Shown here: piece after piece, positions 16,766 through 26,105 of the stretch
Numbering within the stretch: position 1 is the stretch's first letter
Layout: every line of letters begins with the position of its first letter
Origin: a virus
Lineage: Duplodnaviria; Caudoviricetes
Reading direction: 5' to 3' (one strand)
DNA length: 28,392 nucleotides
IMG/VR virus record: IMGVR_UViG_3300020044_004078
Location: 1 to 28,392 of that record
Notes under the pieces: model-generated
Databases searched by the model: none
What the model was told of the DNA's origin: nothing
The model's input: the letters and a program-made list of their open reading frames with translations, nothing else
Position numbers and translations under genes: made by a program

Positions 16766-19700
16766 TTATCTCCTTGCTAACGCGGGTCTATTATTAAAAC
16801 TGCCTGCTAGCGATTGTTGAACTGCGCTGCCTGGTCTAGCTACTTCGCCTGCGACCATATCGCCAATTACTACTTCGATTCGACGATTGCCACGTGAGTC
16901 AGTAGTTTCCTTAGTAGTAGCTTTTTCGCTTCCAAAGTTATTAACAACTACGTCTACGTTTGAACCTCCACCGCCTGCACGAACTCCAAGATTACCGTTG
17001 CTGTCACGCTTTAGGGGCATAATGGCTTCGGGTCCTGCTTCGCCCATCATTCCAGTGCCTTTAGCAAACTTAAATAAGGTTGGAGAATTTACTACAGAGT
17101 TAGTAAACATTCCGCCTTTGGCAAATGTTGTTAAACCAGCATCAAAAGCTCCGCCTTTAGCAAATCCTAAAGATCCAGCTAATTCCTTACCGCCCATGTC
17201 ATTTGTAAATCCGCCAGCAAAACCAAATTTTTGTCCTATAAAGTTCATTAGACCAGGCTTAAAAGCTGCATATGCCATTTTAGCTTGTTCTTGCATTTCG
17301 TAACGTATTAATCCTTCGATCATACTATCAATCAAACTCTTAAAGTTTAGCTTACCAGTTTTAGTAAATTCAATAATGGCGTTACCCATTTCATCAAAAC
17401 TTTGCTTAAATACCTCTCCGTAAGCTACTTGGCGCTCTGTTAAAGATTGTGTTAAGTCTAATGCGGTTTTACGGCCTGAGTTAACAATGCTGAGTGCCTT
17501 TCCTTGGTCATCAAAACTTTTTACTGCTGCAGCCCTTTGCTTTTCAAGGCCTTGTACATCGCCAGTATCAGTCATCATGGCTTTATCAATTAAACTATCA
17601 ATTTCTGCTAATTTATCAGCTCGTGCCTTTTGCAAAGATAATTCGGATTGCGCAATTGAATTTGCTAATGCACTTTGTTCGTTAATTCTTTTTTGCGATT
17701 CTGCTTGCTGACCATAAATCATGCCTAGTGATACTTTAGCATTAAAAATTTCCTGATCTGCGCTTAGTTGTGCAGCAGTAATTTTTAATGTATCATCTCG
17801 GGATTGAAAAGCGATATCGCTTAAGATTTTTTCTTTACTAATTCTTTGATCTACTAAACGTAATGCTTGTTGGAGTCCTGCATTATCTTTTTCAGCTTCC
17901 TGTTTTTCTTTAACTAAAGCCAATATTTTTGTAGTTCTATTAATAGAATCTTGATCTGAACTGTCTTTAGCATTTGCTAAAGCGTCTTCAGCACCTTTTA
18001 ATTCAACTTCTTGTTTAGCTTGCAAATTTAAATTTTCAAGTTTAAAAATAGCTAAACTATTTTGTTCGGTCATTGCGCCAGTAATGCTATTAACAACATT
18101 TAAACGAGCTAATTCTTGTTGCGTAACAGCTTCTTGAGCACTTCTTAGCTTATCAAGATCTGCTAACTGTCCTGCGCGTTGTGATCGTTTACCTTCAATT
18201 GCATTTGCTCCCACTTGAGCCTCAACACCAGTTCTGTTAGCATTTTGAGCTGCAATTGCTGAGTTAACTGCCATTTGCTTTAATTTAAGTCTGGAATCTA
18301 CGTCTGCATTTTCAGTAGTCTTAAAAGCCATAGATCCTCTGCGTTTACTGCCTCTGCCTGCAGCAAAATCTTCAAGACCTTCTTTAAATACTTTAGCTGC
18401 AGCATATTCTGCTGCTAAAACTGTTTTGTCAGATCCTTCGGGCGCGTTTGCTATTGCTGCTAAAGCATTAGACTCATCTATACTTGCTTTTAATTGCGTG
18501 TTAGCTATAATTAAATCTATATTTGTATCGATTGCTCGCAACTGTATTTTTAACTCTTGGTCCTTAATTTTAGTGCTTGCAATTGCGGCTGCTTCACCTG
18601 TCATGCCCCCTACTTTTGCTTGCGCTATAGTTAAAGCAGCCTTTTCACTGGCTTGTCCTAGGGCTGTACTTATAAGTTGTTGCGCTTTGTTGTAAGCTGC
18701 AGTAGCACCTTCGTTAAATATTGTTTTTGCTTTCTCAAAAACTCCAGGATCAAATTGTCCTGCAGCCTGCCCAGCTAATCGTCTAGATTCTTGATTAGTT
18801 TCTAATTTTTGTTCGTATTGTTTCTTTAAACCAAGATTATAATTTGTCCTCATTCCTTGAGCAATTAAACCATCAGTTACTCTTAGTTTTTCTTTAATAT
18901 CTAAGTCTTCTTGGTCAAGCTTATTTAGTGCATGTTTATATGTTGCTTGTGCTTCAAAAGTAGTTTTATACTCAGCACGTATATCTGTAAACGCTGTAAC
19001 AACCTCTTTTCCAAATAATTGAAATTTTTCTGGATTATCTGCTAAGTCTTTAAAAGCAGCATTTAAATCGTTTACATTACCAGTAAGTACCTTACCCATT
19101 GCGTTACTTACATCCAATAATGACTGTCCTAATTTAAATAAAGGATTATTACTTGCAGTAGATTGGATGAATTCTTGATAGGCTTTGTTAGAGGCTTCTG
19201 TTGCAGTTTTAAAACTCTGTAGATTACTGCTGCTAGTACCTAATATTGCTGTTAGTTTTTTCTGTGCAATACCGTACTTATCAATTACAGGGGTGCCTTT
19301 CTCAAAAGCTTTTGTAAGGCTTTGTGTATCAAAGCTGTTTACGCCAAGTGCTTCTGAAAGTATTTGTTTTGCTTCGTCTGTTCTGCCTGCTTCTGCAAAT
19401 AACTTTAAAGAGTCCTGCACAGTTGTAGTTAAGTCTTTGGCTAAATTCTTGTCAATTCCACCACCAAAGAACTTGGCTATATCATTTTTCCAAGTATCAT
19501 AAGGGCTTTTAGCCATTGCTGCTTTTAACTTTGTAGCACTATCAATAGCTGTTTGTGTAGTATTATTTACTTCTATCATAGCATTTGATAGCGCAAAAAT
19601 ACCTTGTATAGTAGCAGAAGCAAAAGGAACTTTGTCTAATAGTTCTAAGGTTCGTTTTACGTTATCGCTTGAGTCTTTTATACCTTGTAAAGATTTTTCA

Positions 19701-21481
19701 AAAGCCTCTGTTTCTTTGCCGGTTTTACTCATCCAAGAGTCGAACAAACCTACGGCTTCAATAGCTATACCAATAGCCATGCCCCAAACACCAAATGCCG
19801 AAATAAGAGATCCTAGCTTTTGTCCAACAATACCAATGGTTCCAGCAACACGCGTATATCCAGCTTGAAGCATGCCCATCTTACCAGTAGATTCTATTAC
19901 AGCCTTACCATTTTCATCAATGCGAGTAGTAGTTCTAAGCGTTCCTTCACGGGCTTTGGCAATTTCTTCATTTAGTTTTGCGTACGCTGCTCTAGATCCG
20001 TAGATTGCTTGAGTTTCTGCAGTTGTAGATCTAATACTATCACTTGCTAATTTATTTAATACTCGTTTATTTATAATATCATTAGAGCCTGCAGTTGTGT
20101 ATCCAGGTTCTGTACCTTTAATTACACGTTCAGAAACTTCTGTGCCAGCAGCAGCTGCACCTGCACGTATTGCTCTAATCTCGGCAATATGAAGTTTAAG
20201 TCGCTTAGATTCTTCTGCATCTCTGGAAGCTAAATATTTAGCGCGAGTATCTAAAGATTTAATTTCTTCGGCAGTCATAGCAAAAGGATCTTTTGCTCCT
20301 AATTCTGCAAAATCTTTACGTCCTTTTGAAAAAGTCTTAGCACGTTGTTCTAGCTCAGCAATTTTAGCTCGAGTAGGGGCTGATTTTTTATATGCTAACT
20401 CTGCAGACGCACCGGCTGCAGTAGCTAAGTCACTTATTTTATCTTGTTGATCTTTATAGATCTGTGTAAAAGTCATACGACTTTGATTAGCCGCATCTTT
20501 TAAATTCTCTCTGTAGTGTCCTAGTGCAGGTATAGCGGTCCTAAGTATAGAAACGCCAACAGCTGATATAACTGCTAATAAAGCAGTAGGATTTTGTGAA
20601 AGTACATTAACCAAAGGAGTTAATACTTTATTGACAATTTCTAAGGCTCCCTGGCCTAAATTCTGTAAGCTGGCAAGTAACCTATCATAAGGATTTGAAC
20701 TTATATCAATTGCACCAAACTTATCAAGACCTTCTTTTAATACTGCAGTTGCAAAGGCTTGGCGTTTCTCAAAATCACTTAAGCTACCAGCTGTTTTACC
20801 AATAGTACGAGCGTAATCTTGTGTGGCTTTATCAATCTTCGTAAATAAACCAAGTTCGTCTAACAGCTCAGGCTCTAACTTACTAATACCGCGTGTTAAA
20901 CGACTAATTGCGTCAGGCATAGCAACACCAAGAGCTTTAGAAGCTTTGTTAGCAACTTGCCCTAATTGTTCCATTTGCTTGCCGGATAATCCAGCTGCAG
21001 TACCCTTTGTAGTAGCTTCAATAGCTTCACGGAATGAGATTGATCCGTCAGTAGCAGCTACTAAGTTTTTAGCTATTGTACCTAAATTTTGTCCGCTTGC
21101 GGCACCTAACTGATTCATACCTTGAACCATATTAGTAGTATCGGCTGCTTGGCTTAATGCACGAAAAGCAGCACCAGCTGCAAACACATTCGCAGCATAA
21201 GTAGCATATAAACGAACTAATCCATCAAGCCCGCGAGCTTGGTTAGCAAAGTCACGACCAGAAGCACCAGTTGCCCCGGCACTACCCCTGGCAACATCAT
21301 ATTCGTTGCCACCCATCATAGCGTTTTTCCATCCGCCTTTACCACCACGATTGGCTTTATCAGTCAATTTTATAATAGAATCCAGCGAACCTCTAAAGGC
21401 GTCTGCGTCTTTTTTGCTTGATTTAAGAGTGCTACCTACGTCTTGTAGACTAAACTCTAATACATATCTTTGATTGGCCAT
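16766..21481 (-). CDS. Tail tape measure protein (~1571 aa)
   Basis: Long Ala/Lys/Gln-rich helical protein after the chaperone pair, with hydrophobic segments and C-terminal FAKGG...GEAGPEAIMPLKR motif. Start moved from 21487 to the ATG at 21481 because AGGAG lies 5 nt upstream of it. Confidence 0.92.
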   Translation of the reverse strand: MANQRYVLEFSLQDVGSTLKSSKKDADAFRGSLDSIIKLTDKANRGGKGGWKNAMMGGNEYDVARGSAGATGASGRDFANQARGLDGLVRLYATYAANVFAAGAAFRALSQAADTTNMVQGMNQLGAASGQNLGTIAKNLVAATDGSISFREAIEATTKGTAAGLSGKQMEQLGQVANKASKALGVAMPDAISRLTRGISKLEPELLDELGLFTKIDKATQDYARTIGKTAGSLSDFEKRQAFATAVLKEGLDKFGAIDISSNPYDRLLASLQNLGQGALEIVNKVLTPLVNVLSQNPTALLAVISAVGVSILRTAIPALGHYRENLKDAANQSRMTFTQIYKDQQDKISDLATAAGASAELAYKKSAPTRAKIAELEQRAKTFSKGRKDFAELGAKDPFAMTAEEIKSLDTRAKYLASRDAEESKRLKLHIAEIRAIRAGAAAAGTEVSERVIKGTEPGYTTAGSNDIINKRVLNKLASDSIRSTTAETQAIYGSRAAYAKLNEEIAKAREGTLRTTTRIDENGKAVIESTGKMGMLQAGYTRVAGTIGIVGQKLGSLISAFGVWGMAIGIAIEAVGLFDSWMSKTGKETEAFEKSLQGIKDSSDNVKRTLELLDKVPFASATIQGIFALSNAMIEVNNTTQTAIDSATKLKAAMAKSPYDTWKNDIAKFFGGGIDKNLAKDLTTTVQDSLKLFAEAGRTDEAKQILSEALGVNSFDTQSLTKAFEKGTPVIDKYGIAQKKLTAILGTSSSNLQSFKTATEASNKAYQEFIQSTASNNPLFKLGQSLLDVSNAMGKVLTGNVNDLNAAFKDLADNPEKFQLFGKEVVTAFTDIRAEYKTTFEAQATYKHALNKLDQEDLDIKEKLRVTDGLIAQGMRTNYNLGLKKQYEQKLETNQESRRLAGQAAGQFDPGVFEKAKTIFNEGATAAYNKAQQLISTALGQASEKAALTIAQAKVGGMTGEAAAIASTKIKDQELKIQLRAIDTNIDLIIANTQLKASIDESNALAAIANAPEGSDKTVLAAEYAAAKVFKEGLEDFAAGRGSKRRGSMAFKTTENADVDSRLKLKQMAVNSAIAAQNANRTGVEAQVGANAIEGKRSQRAGQLADLDKLRSAQEAVTQQELARLNVVNSITGAMTEQNSLAIFKLENLNLQAKQEVELKGAEDALANAKDSSDQDSINRTTKILALVKEKQEAEKDNAGLQQALRLVDQRISKEKILSDIAFQSRDDTLKITAAQLSADQEIFNAKVSLGMIYGQQAESQKRINEQSALANSIAQSELSLQKARADKLAEIDSLIDKAMMTDTGDVQGLEKQRAAAVKSFDDQGKALSIVNSGRKTALDLTQSLTERQVAYGEVFKQSFDEMGNAIIEFTKTGKLNFKSLIDSMIEGLIRYEMQEQAKMAYAAFKPGLMNFIGQKFGFAGGFTNDMGGKELAGSLGFAKGGAFDAGLTTFAKGGMFTNSVVNSPTLFKFAKGTGMMGEAGPEAIMPLKRDSNGNLGVRAGGGGSNVDVVVNNFGSEKATTKETTDSRGNRRIEVVIGDMVAGEVARPGSAVQQSLAGSFNNRPALARR

Positions 21482-21533
21482 ATACACTCCTGTCGGGTAT
21501 TACCAAAATTTTTTGATAATTTAACTAGAGACC

Positions 21534-21562
21534 ATTATACCATGTGACCACGCTCTTGTCAA
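21534..21562 (-). promoter_or_regulatory. Consensus sigma70 promoter upstream of the tape measure gene
   Basis: Minus strand reads TTGACA-agagcgtggtcacatgg (17 nt)-TATAAT, with an extended -10 TG and an A/T-tract UP-like element (AAAAATTTTTT) upstream. Confidence 0.9.
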
Positions 21563-21581
21563 ACCAAAAAATTTTTAACGC

Positions 21582-21613
21582 AAAAAAGCCCGCTAATTTT
21601 TAACTAGCGGGCT
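21582..21613 (-). terminator. Rho-independent terminator after the tail chaperone genes
   Basis: 9-bp stem agcccgcta...tagcgggct with a T tract on the minus strand. The stop codon of the preceding ORF lies in the loop. Confidence 0.85.
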
Positions 21614-21992
21614 CTTGCATCTTTTTCCTATTATTGATTTCTTCTGATCTTACAGCGTCAATTATACGTATTAGCATAATTATAAACTTCTGCTCGGACA
21701 GATCAACCTCTGTTGCTTCTAAAATGTCTTTAACACCTATTAAGGATTTTCCTAAATAAGTACCACTCATGGTATCCCATTCGTCTCGTAACATCTTATA
21801 GGCATTAAATGCCTGTTGCACTTCTAGTGGGAAATCATCAAACTCAACCGGAATTTCAGATTCTTCTGGGTCGTTGCCTAATGCTTCGCACATTTCAAAA
21901 TATTGGTCTCTGGTCATGCCAACACCCATATTTTGAAGATAATTGACCAACTGCTGATTTACTTGCTGGAGCTGGTCGTCGAAAAGTTTCCC
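21600..21992 (-). CDS. Tail assembly chaperone, frameshift-extension part (lambda gpT / T5 p138-like)
   Basis: The ORF 21600..21950 starts at TTG without an obvious RBS. Its frame is open back to the slippery heptamer at 21992 (-1 relative to the upstream chaperone). Confidence 0.8.
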   Translation of the reverse strand, partial: GKLFDDQLQQVNQQLVNYLQNMGVGMTRDQYFEMCEALGNDPEESEIPVEFDDFPLEVQQAFNAYKMLRDEWDTMSGTYLGKSLIGVKDILEATEVDLSEQKFIIMLIRIIDAVRSEEINNRKKMQEPAS

Positions 21993-22378
21993 AAGTCTGT
22001 AACTTGTTCGCTAATAAAAGCATCAAAGTTACTGGAATTCTTCATCAGGTACAATGCATTTTCAGCAGTATATCCTAATTCTGCTTCCATATCTTTACCA
22101 GTTAAGTCAACTGGCGCCAACTGCTCAAGATAGCTAAGTTTTAAACCTGACCATCCTTTTACAGCGTTTTCAACATAAAGTTGTAGGAATAAATCTTCGT
22201 TGAATTCTTCAGCAGCCTGACGGTTTTTGAAGCTTGTTTTGGTAGATTTCTTGCGAATTGACAAAAGCGTTTCACGAGATAAAAATGCCAAATCAACAAC
22301 AAAACCAGGCATACCAGGATATTCTACCTGTACTGATTTAGAAGGAACTAACAGTGTTTTTAAAGAGAGAGTAGTCAT
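21959..22378 (-). CDS. Tail assembly chaperone (lambda gpG / T5 p139-like; 139 aa)
   Basis: Position between tail tube and tape measure genes, VKGWSGL motif, slippery site near the 3' end. Confidence 0.82.
   Translation of the reverse strand: MTTLSLKTLLVPSKSVQVEYPGMPGFVVDLAFLSRETLLSIRKKSTKTSFKNRQAAEEFNEDLFLQLYVENAVKGWSGLKLSYLEQLAPVDLTGKDMEAELGYTAENALYLMKNSSNFDAFISEQVTDLGNFSTTSSSK
21986..21992 (-). promoter_or_regulatory. -1 programmed ribosomal frameshift heptamer G GGA AAC
   Basis: In-frame codons TTG GGA AAC form an X XXY YYZ heptamer. The -1 frame reads on as LFDDQLQQVNQQLVNYLQNMG into the next ORF. Confidence 0.88.
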
Positions 22379-22395
22379 TTTATAATAATAAGTTT

Positions 22396-22427
22396 AAAAA
22401 GAGAGACTGGAGATCAACCCAGTCTCT
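22396..22427 (-). terminator. Rho-independent terminator after the tail tube gene
   Basis: 9-bp stem agagactgg...ccagtctct followed by CTTTTT on the minus strand. Confidence 0.8.
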
Positions 22428-22446
22428 ATAGAAATGCAGCTAGTAA

Positions 22447-23673
22447 TTACTGAACTGCGTAGTATTTAACTTCTAGTTCGTTTGTTTTCTCAAGATCATA
22501 AGCACCACCGGCAGCGCCAGTAGAAGAACCTTGAGCAGTCATTCCAATAGAAGTAGAGATAATTTGTTCAGATGTAACAGTTGGAATAGTTAACTGAACT
22601 GTGGGCATTGATAAGTCAATGCGAGTTCCGTTAGTTGCACCACCTACTGAAATTACTGTAGAAAACTTATTTTCTGTGCTAGTGCTTGCGGTTAACAAGT
22701 CGTCTAGTAAACCTGCACCTTGCTTATTACTAGTTACTGGATCAGTACCAGTTTTCAGATAAGCGGTAATAGTAGCTGTAACAGAGCGAGTACCTGTAAA
22801 ATAGGTAATTGGTGTATTAACCACACCTAAGTTAGCTGGTGTTAAATAAGTTAAGTTATTGCTAACTGTTATGTTACCACCGGTCAGTGCAATAGTGTAA
22901 GGTGTACTAGAAGTAATACCACCGTGAACAGCAGATGCTAAAGTCATTGTAGACAACTTGTTAGCAATAAATCGTGCAGTAGTATCTTTAATCTTGAAGT
23001 CATTAGTAGCTGGAGCTGTAGTTGTAAATCCACCACCTGTTACGCCAACACCACTAGTAGGAATTACCAAGTTTGAAGCTAGCTGTTTCATTGTGGTACC
23101 TTTTCCGGCCCATGCAATCATAGCAATAGCGTCTAATCCAAAATCAATAGTAGCTGAATCAATAGCGCAGTTGTTAATAACATAAGTAACTGCTTCAAAC
23201 TGAATAATTAAACCAAAAGCTTGTAGTTGGTGTTTATTAGAATTACCAAAACTAACAGTGCTGTAAGGCTGTGCTGCTGGGCTTGCAACACCATATGTAG
23301 GTGTCCAGCCGTTACCGGTAACACTTGACATGGCTCCCCAAAGCACTGACTCTTCTGCAACGATTTCATCGTCAGTGTCAGGTCCGGCAGTAGTTGTAGC
23401 ACCTTCATAATACTTAGGGCGAATGTATGTGGAAAAACTCCAGTCTACTGGCTCTAATGAAGTATTAAAACTACGCTGACCACGAATAGGAGCAATACCT
23501 GCTTCATTGGTTGTTACAGTTTCTTGTCCTGTATTTTGTGAGAAAGAAAATCCGTCTAAGACTTGGAGTTCTCGTGTTGTTGCTGTGGTGTGGCCTGATA
23601 AAGCCACATTACCGCTACTATCTAAGTTAGTCGTGAAAAACACTCGACTATTACGTAGTAAATTTAATGCCAT
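22447..23673 (-). CDS. Major tail tube protein, T5 pb6-like (408 aa)
   Basis: MALNLLRNSRVF...NEAG..PIRGQRSFNTSLEPVDWSFSTYIRP closely follows the T5 pb6 N-terminus as I recall it; NNLTYLTP motif; RBS AAAGGA; followed by a terminator. Confidence 0.88.
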   Translation of the reverse strand: MALNLLRNSRVFFTTNLDSSGNVALSGHTTATTRELQVLDGFSFSQNTGQETVTTNEAGIAPIRGQRSFNTSLEPVDWSFSTYIRPKYYEGATTTAGPDTDDEIVAEESVLWGAMSSVTGNGWTPTYGVASPAAQPYSTVSFGNSNKHQLQAFGLIIQFEAVTYVINNCAIDSATIDFGLDAIAMIAWAGKGTTMKQLASNLVIPTSGVGVTGGGFTTTAPATNDFKIKDTTARFIANKLSTMTLASAVHGGITSSTPYTIALTGGNITVSNNLTYLTPANLGVVNTPITYFTGTRSVTATITAYLKTGTDPVTSNKQGAGLLDDLLTASTSTENKFSTVISVGGATNGTRIDLSMPTVQLTIPTVTSEQIISTSIGMTAQGSSTGAAGGAYDLEKTNELEVKYYAVQ

Positions 23674-23757
23674 ACTCTTTCCTTTATGATTTTTTGGAAA
23701 TACTTAAGCACTGTGACTAGATATTTATCTGTTGTTATGCTTGTATAGATCCGAGAG

Positions 23758-24198
23758 TTATACTAATGCGTAGCGCACTTGTAAATTGATTTCACCGACA
23801 CCATAAGGAGCTAATAGCCCTTCGTCAGTAGTTATTGACTGAATTAATATTTCAGTAGTTGAAAGGTTATTAGTAGTATCATATACTAATACACGATTAC
23901 TGTTGATTACATGCTCTAAGTCGTTTATTAAATCTTCTAGCTTTTGATGTGCGTCGCTTTCGCTGCGAACATATACTTTTACACTAACATTCATAAATGC
24001 CCATGTAAAGTCAGCTGGATGATACTGTCGTGTCTCTGAACCTGCTACAATATATACGGATGGAAAGTCTTGTACTTCGTCCCAAAATTTTAGTTTAGGG
24101 TAACTATTTCCAAATAAATCAGAATTATACGGAGCATTTCCATCTATTATTTTAAATTTTTCAGCTAGCGCTGTTACGATACTAGTTCTTTTGGTCAT
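23758..24198 (-). CDS. Tail terminator protein (T5 p142-like; 146 aa)
   Basis: RTSIVTAL...KFWDEVQDFPSVYIVAGSETRQY...SITTDEGLLAPYGVGEI pattern, directly before the tail tube gene. Confidence 0.8.
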   Translation of the reverse strand: MTKRTSIVTALAEKFKIIDGNAPYNSDLFGNSYPKLKFWDEVQDFPSVYIVAGSETRQYHPADFTWAFMNVSVKVYVRSESDAHQKLEDLINDLEHVINSNRVLVYDTTNNLSTTEILIQSITTDEGLLAPYGVGEINLQVRYALV

Positions 24199-26105
24199 AG
24201 TGGTACTGCCCTTAACTTGTTAGACACTATCTGTTGTGCAATTTCTCGTATTGAGGTAGAAATTAACAGTTTAGGATCTCTGCTTTTTGGAAGGGACTGT
24301 TTACCTCCATCACTAAAAGTTGCGTACGGATTTTTCATATAAGAGTAAAAAGCGGTAATCATACCTTGTCTACTTGTAGACATGCTATCAACTCTAGCAC
24401 TGCCTGCCAGTCTACCTGTTCTATAGTTTAGAACGGTTCGACTTCTTCCGTCTCCCATATTAGCACTAATTACATCTTGTAATTGAGCATTAATAATTTG
24501 CTGTAAGTTTATTAAATCTACCGCAGGAGCCATAGGCTGATCTGCCATAGACATAGACACAGAACCACCGCTAACACTACTTTTGGGCAGAGAAAACTTT
24601 TGTGGTGTAGGTGCTTTTTGAACTGTAGTTCTAGTTTTGCCGGATTTATTACCTTTAGACTGTGCGCTTGCTGTAGCTCTTGCTGGAGCTTTAGGCATTT
24701 TTCCGCCAGATATGGCGTTCATTATAAGCATTGCTGTAGATTCTTTTATAGAAGGAGAGAACCGCATATTTACGGACATTTCCATACCTTCTCTACTAAA
24801 AAACTGCTGACTAAAAGCTGTTCCTATTTCTCTATATGTCTTACCTAGTGAAGCGTTTAATTGATGAGATAAAAATGCTGTTTCTTGGTGAGACAACACT
24901 TCGCTGTTATAGCTTGCTCGCATAGTCCTTGCAATAGAAAACATTGCAGAAAACAGTGTTTTTACGTCGCCACTAACATTTTTATTAAACTGTACGGAAA
25001 GATCTAAGTGTTTTGTATTTGCTACAAAAGTTGTTGGACTTAGTGCTTGTATATTTTTAAAATTGCTTTGTGAGGTAGCAAATAAATATGCTGCCTGTCT
25101 CATAGGAAGATTAATACCTATAGGCATTAATTGCTGTCCTGCCTCTTCTTGTGTTGTTGCACCAGTATGTCCAGCTGCTGCAAATGCTCCTACTGAAAAC
25201 TTTTCACTAACGGTAAGCACTCCGTGTTCCGTTATATTCCTAAGAGCTTCTATTACTATAGGTCTCGATAATTCATTAGGTATATCTCGCCCACCTTGTG
25301 TGCTAGACTTAAACTTTGGTGTTACAAGCAAAAAATCTTTGCTTGCATTATAGTTACTAACAAATGATTCTGGATTTTCAAACTGTGCTGGAGTATTCTT
25401 TGTTAACCATTGAAATTGTTTATGTCCAGCTTCTTGCAATTTTTTTCTATACCGAGCTTCTATGGCTAGGTATGCGGGGGACTTCTCTCCTCCGCTGTAT
25501 ACGCCTTGTGCCATAATACTATCAGCGGCTGCAACAAACTGTAGTGTTTCGGTTGCGGTAGCTACTAGCTCTTCAAACTTTATTGTTTTTGAGTAATTCT
25601 TTTTAAGCCCGGCCATTATTTTATCGCCAACTGCTTTATCAGGAAATTTAAGTAAAGTTTGATTTAGCGCATTATGGTAGGCAATATCTCCAGGATATAC
25701 ATCTCTGGGACCTTCGTCTGTTTGCACTTTAATACTAGGTACAAATTCTGCTAAAGAAGCTCTTTTACTTTCGTACTGTGCTGCTGCTTTGTCATGGCGT
25801 TTTCTAGATTTTTCATCTTCATCATAGTCAGAGGGCTTTTGAGGTGCTGCAAGTCTTTGAAACTTTAAGCTTTGTCGTAGCAAACCTCTTTTAACATATG
25901 TTGCTATGTTGTACGGACTTATTAAATATATTAAAGGCAACGTAATCTCGATTTGATCACGAACGCCTTTTTGTGCGGCTTCAAGAAAACTTTTTCTAGC
26001 TGCTTCTGCCTGTGCTTCATTAGCGCCTGTTAAAACCTCACCGCTTTTAACACCTGCCATGAAATCAAGCATTTGATGCGGGCCCATAGCGCTAACTGGT
26101 ATCAT
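24195..26105 (-). CDS. Tail completion protein (T5 p143-like C-terminal domain) with a large unknown N-terminal region (636 aa)
   Basis: C-terminal LNYRTGRLA.S..V...YSYMKNPYATF...RDPKLLI..SI..IA resembles T5 p143 as recalled. Syntenic position; ATGA overlaps at both ends. Confidence 0.68.
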   Translation of the reverse strand: MIPVSAMGPHQMLDFMAGVKSGEVLTGANEAQAEAARKSFLEAAQKGVRDQIEITLPLIYLISPYNIATYVKRGLLRQSLKFQRLAAPQKPSDYDEDEKSRKRHDKAAAQYESKRASLAEFVPSIKVQTDEGPRDVYPGDIAYHNALNQTLLKFPDKAVGDKIMAGLKKNYSKTIKFEELVATATETLQFVAAADSIMAQGVYSGGEKSPAYLAIEARYRKKLQEAGHKQFQWLTKNTPAQFENPESFVSNYNASKDFLLVTPKFKSSTQGGRDIPNELSRPIVIEALRNITEHGVLTVSEKFSVGAFAAAGHTGATTQEEAGQQLMPIGINLPMRQAAYLFATSQSNFKNIQALSPTTFVANTKHLDLSVQFNKNVSGDVKTLFSAMFSIARTMRASYNSEVLSHQETAFLSHQLNASLGKTYREIGTAFSQQFFSREGMEMSVNMRFSPSIKESTAMLIMNAISGGKMPKAPARATASAQSKGNKSGKTRTTVQKAPTPQKFSLPKSSVSGGSVSMSMADQPMAPAVDLINLQQIINAQLQDVISANMGDGRSRTVLNYRTGRLAGSARVDSMSTSRQGMITAFYSYMKNPYATFSDGGKQSLPKSRDPKLLISTSIREIAQQIVSNKLRAVPL

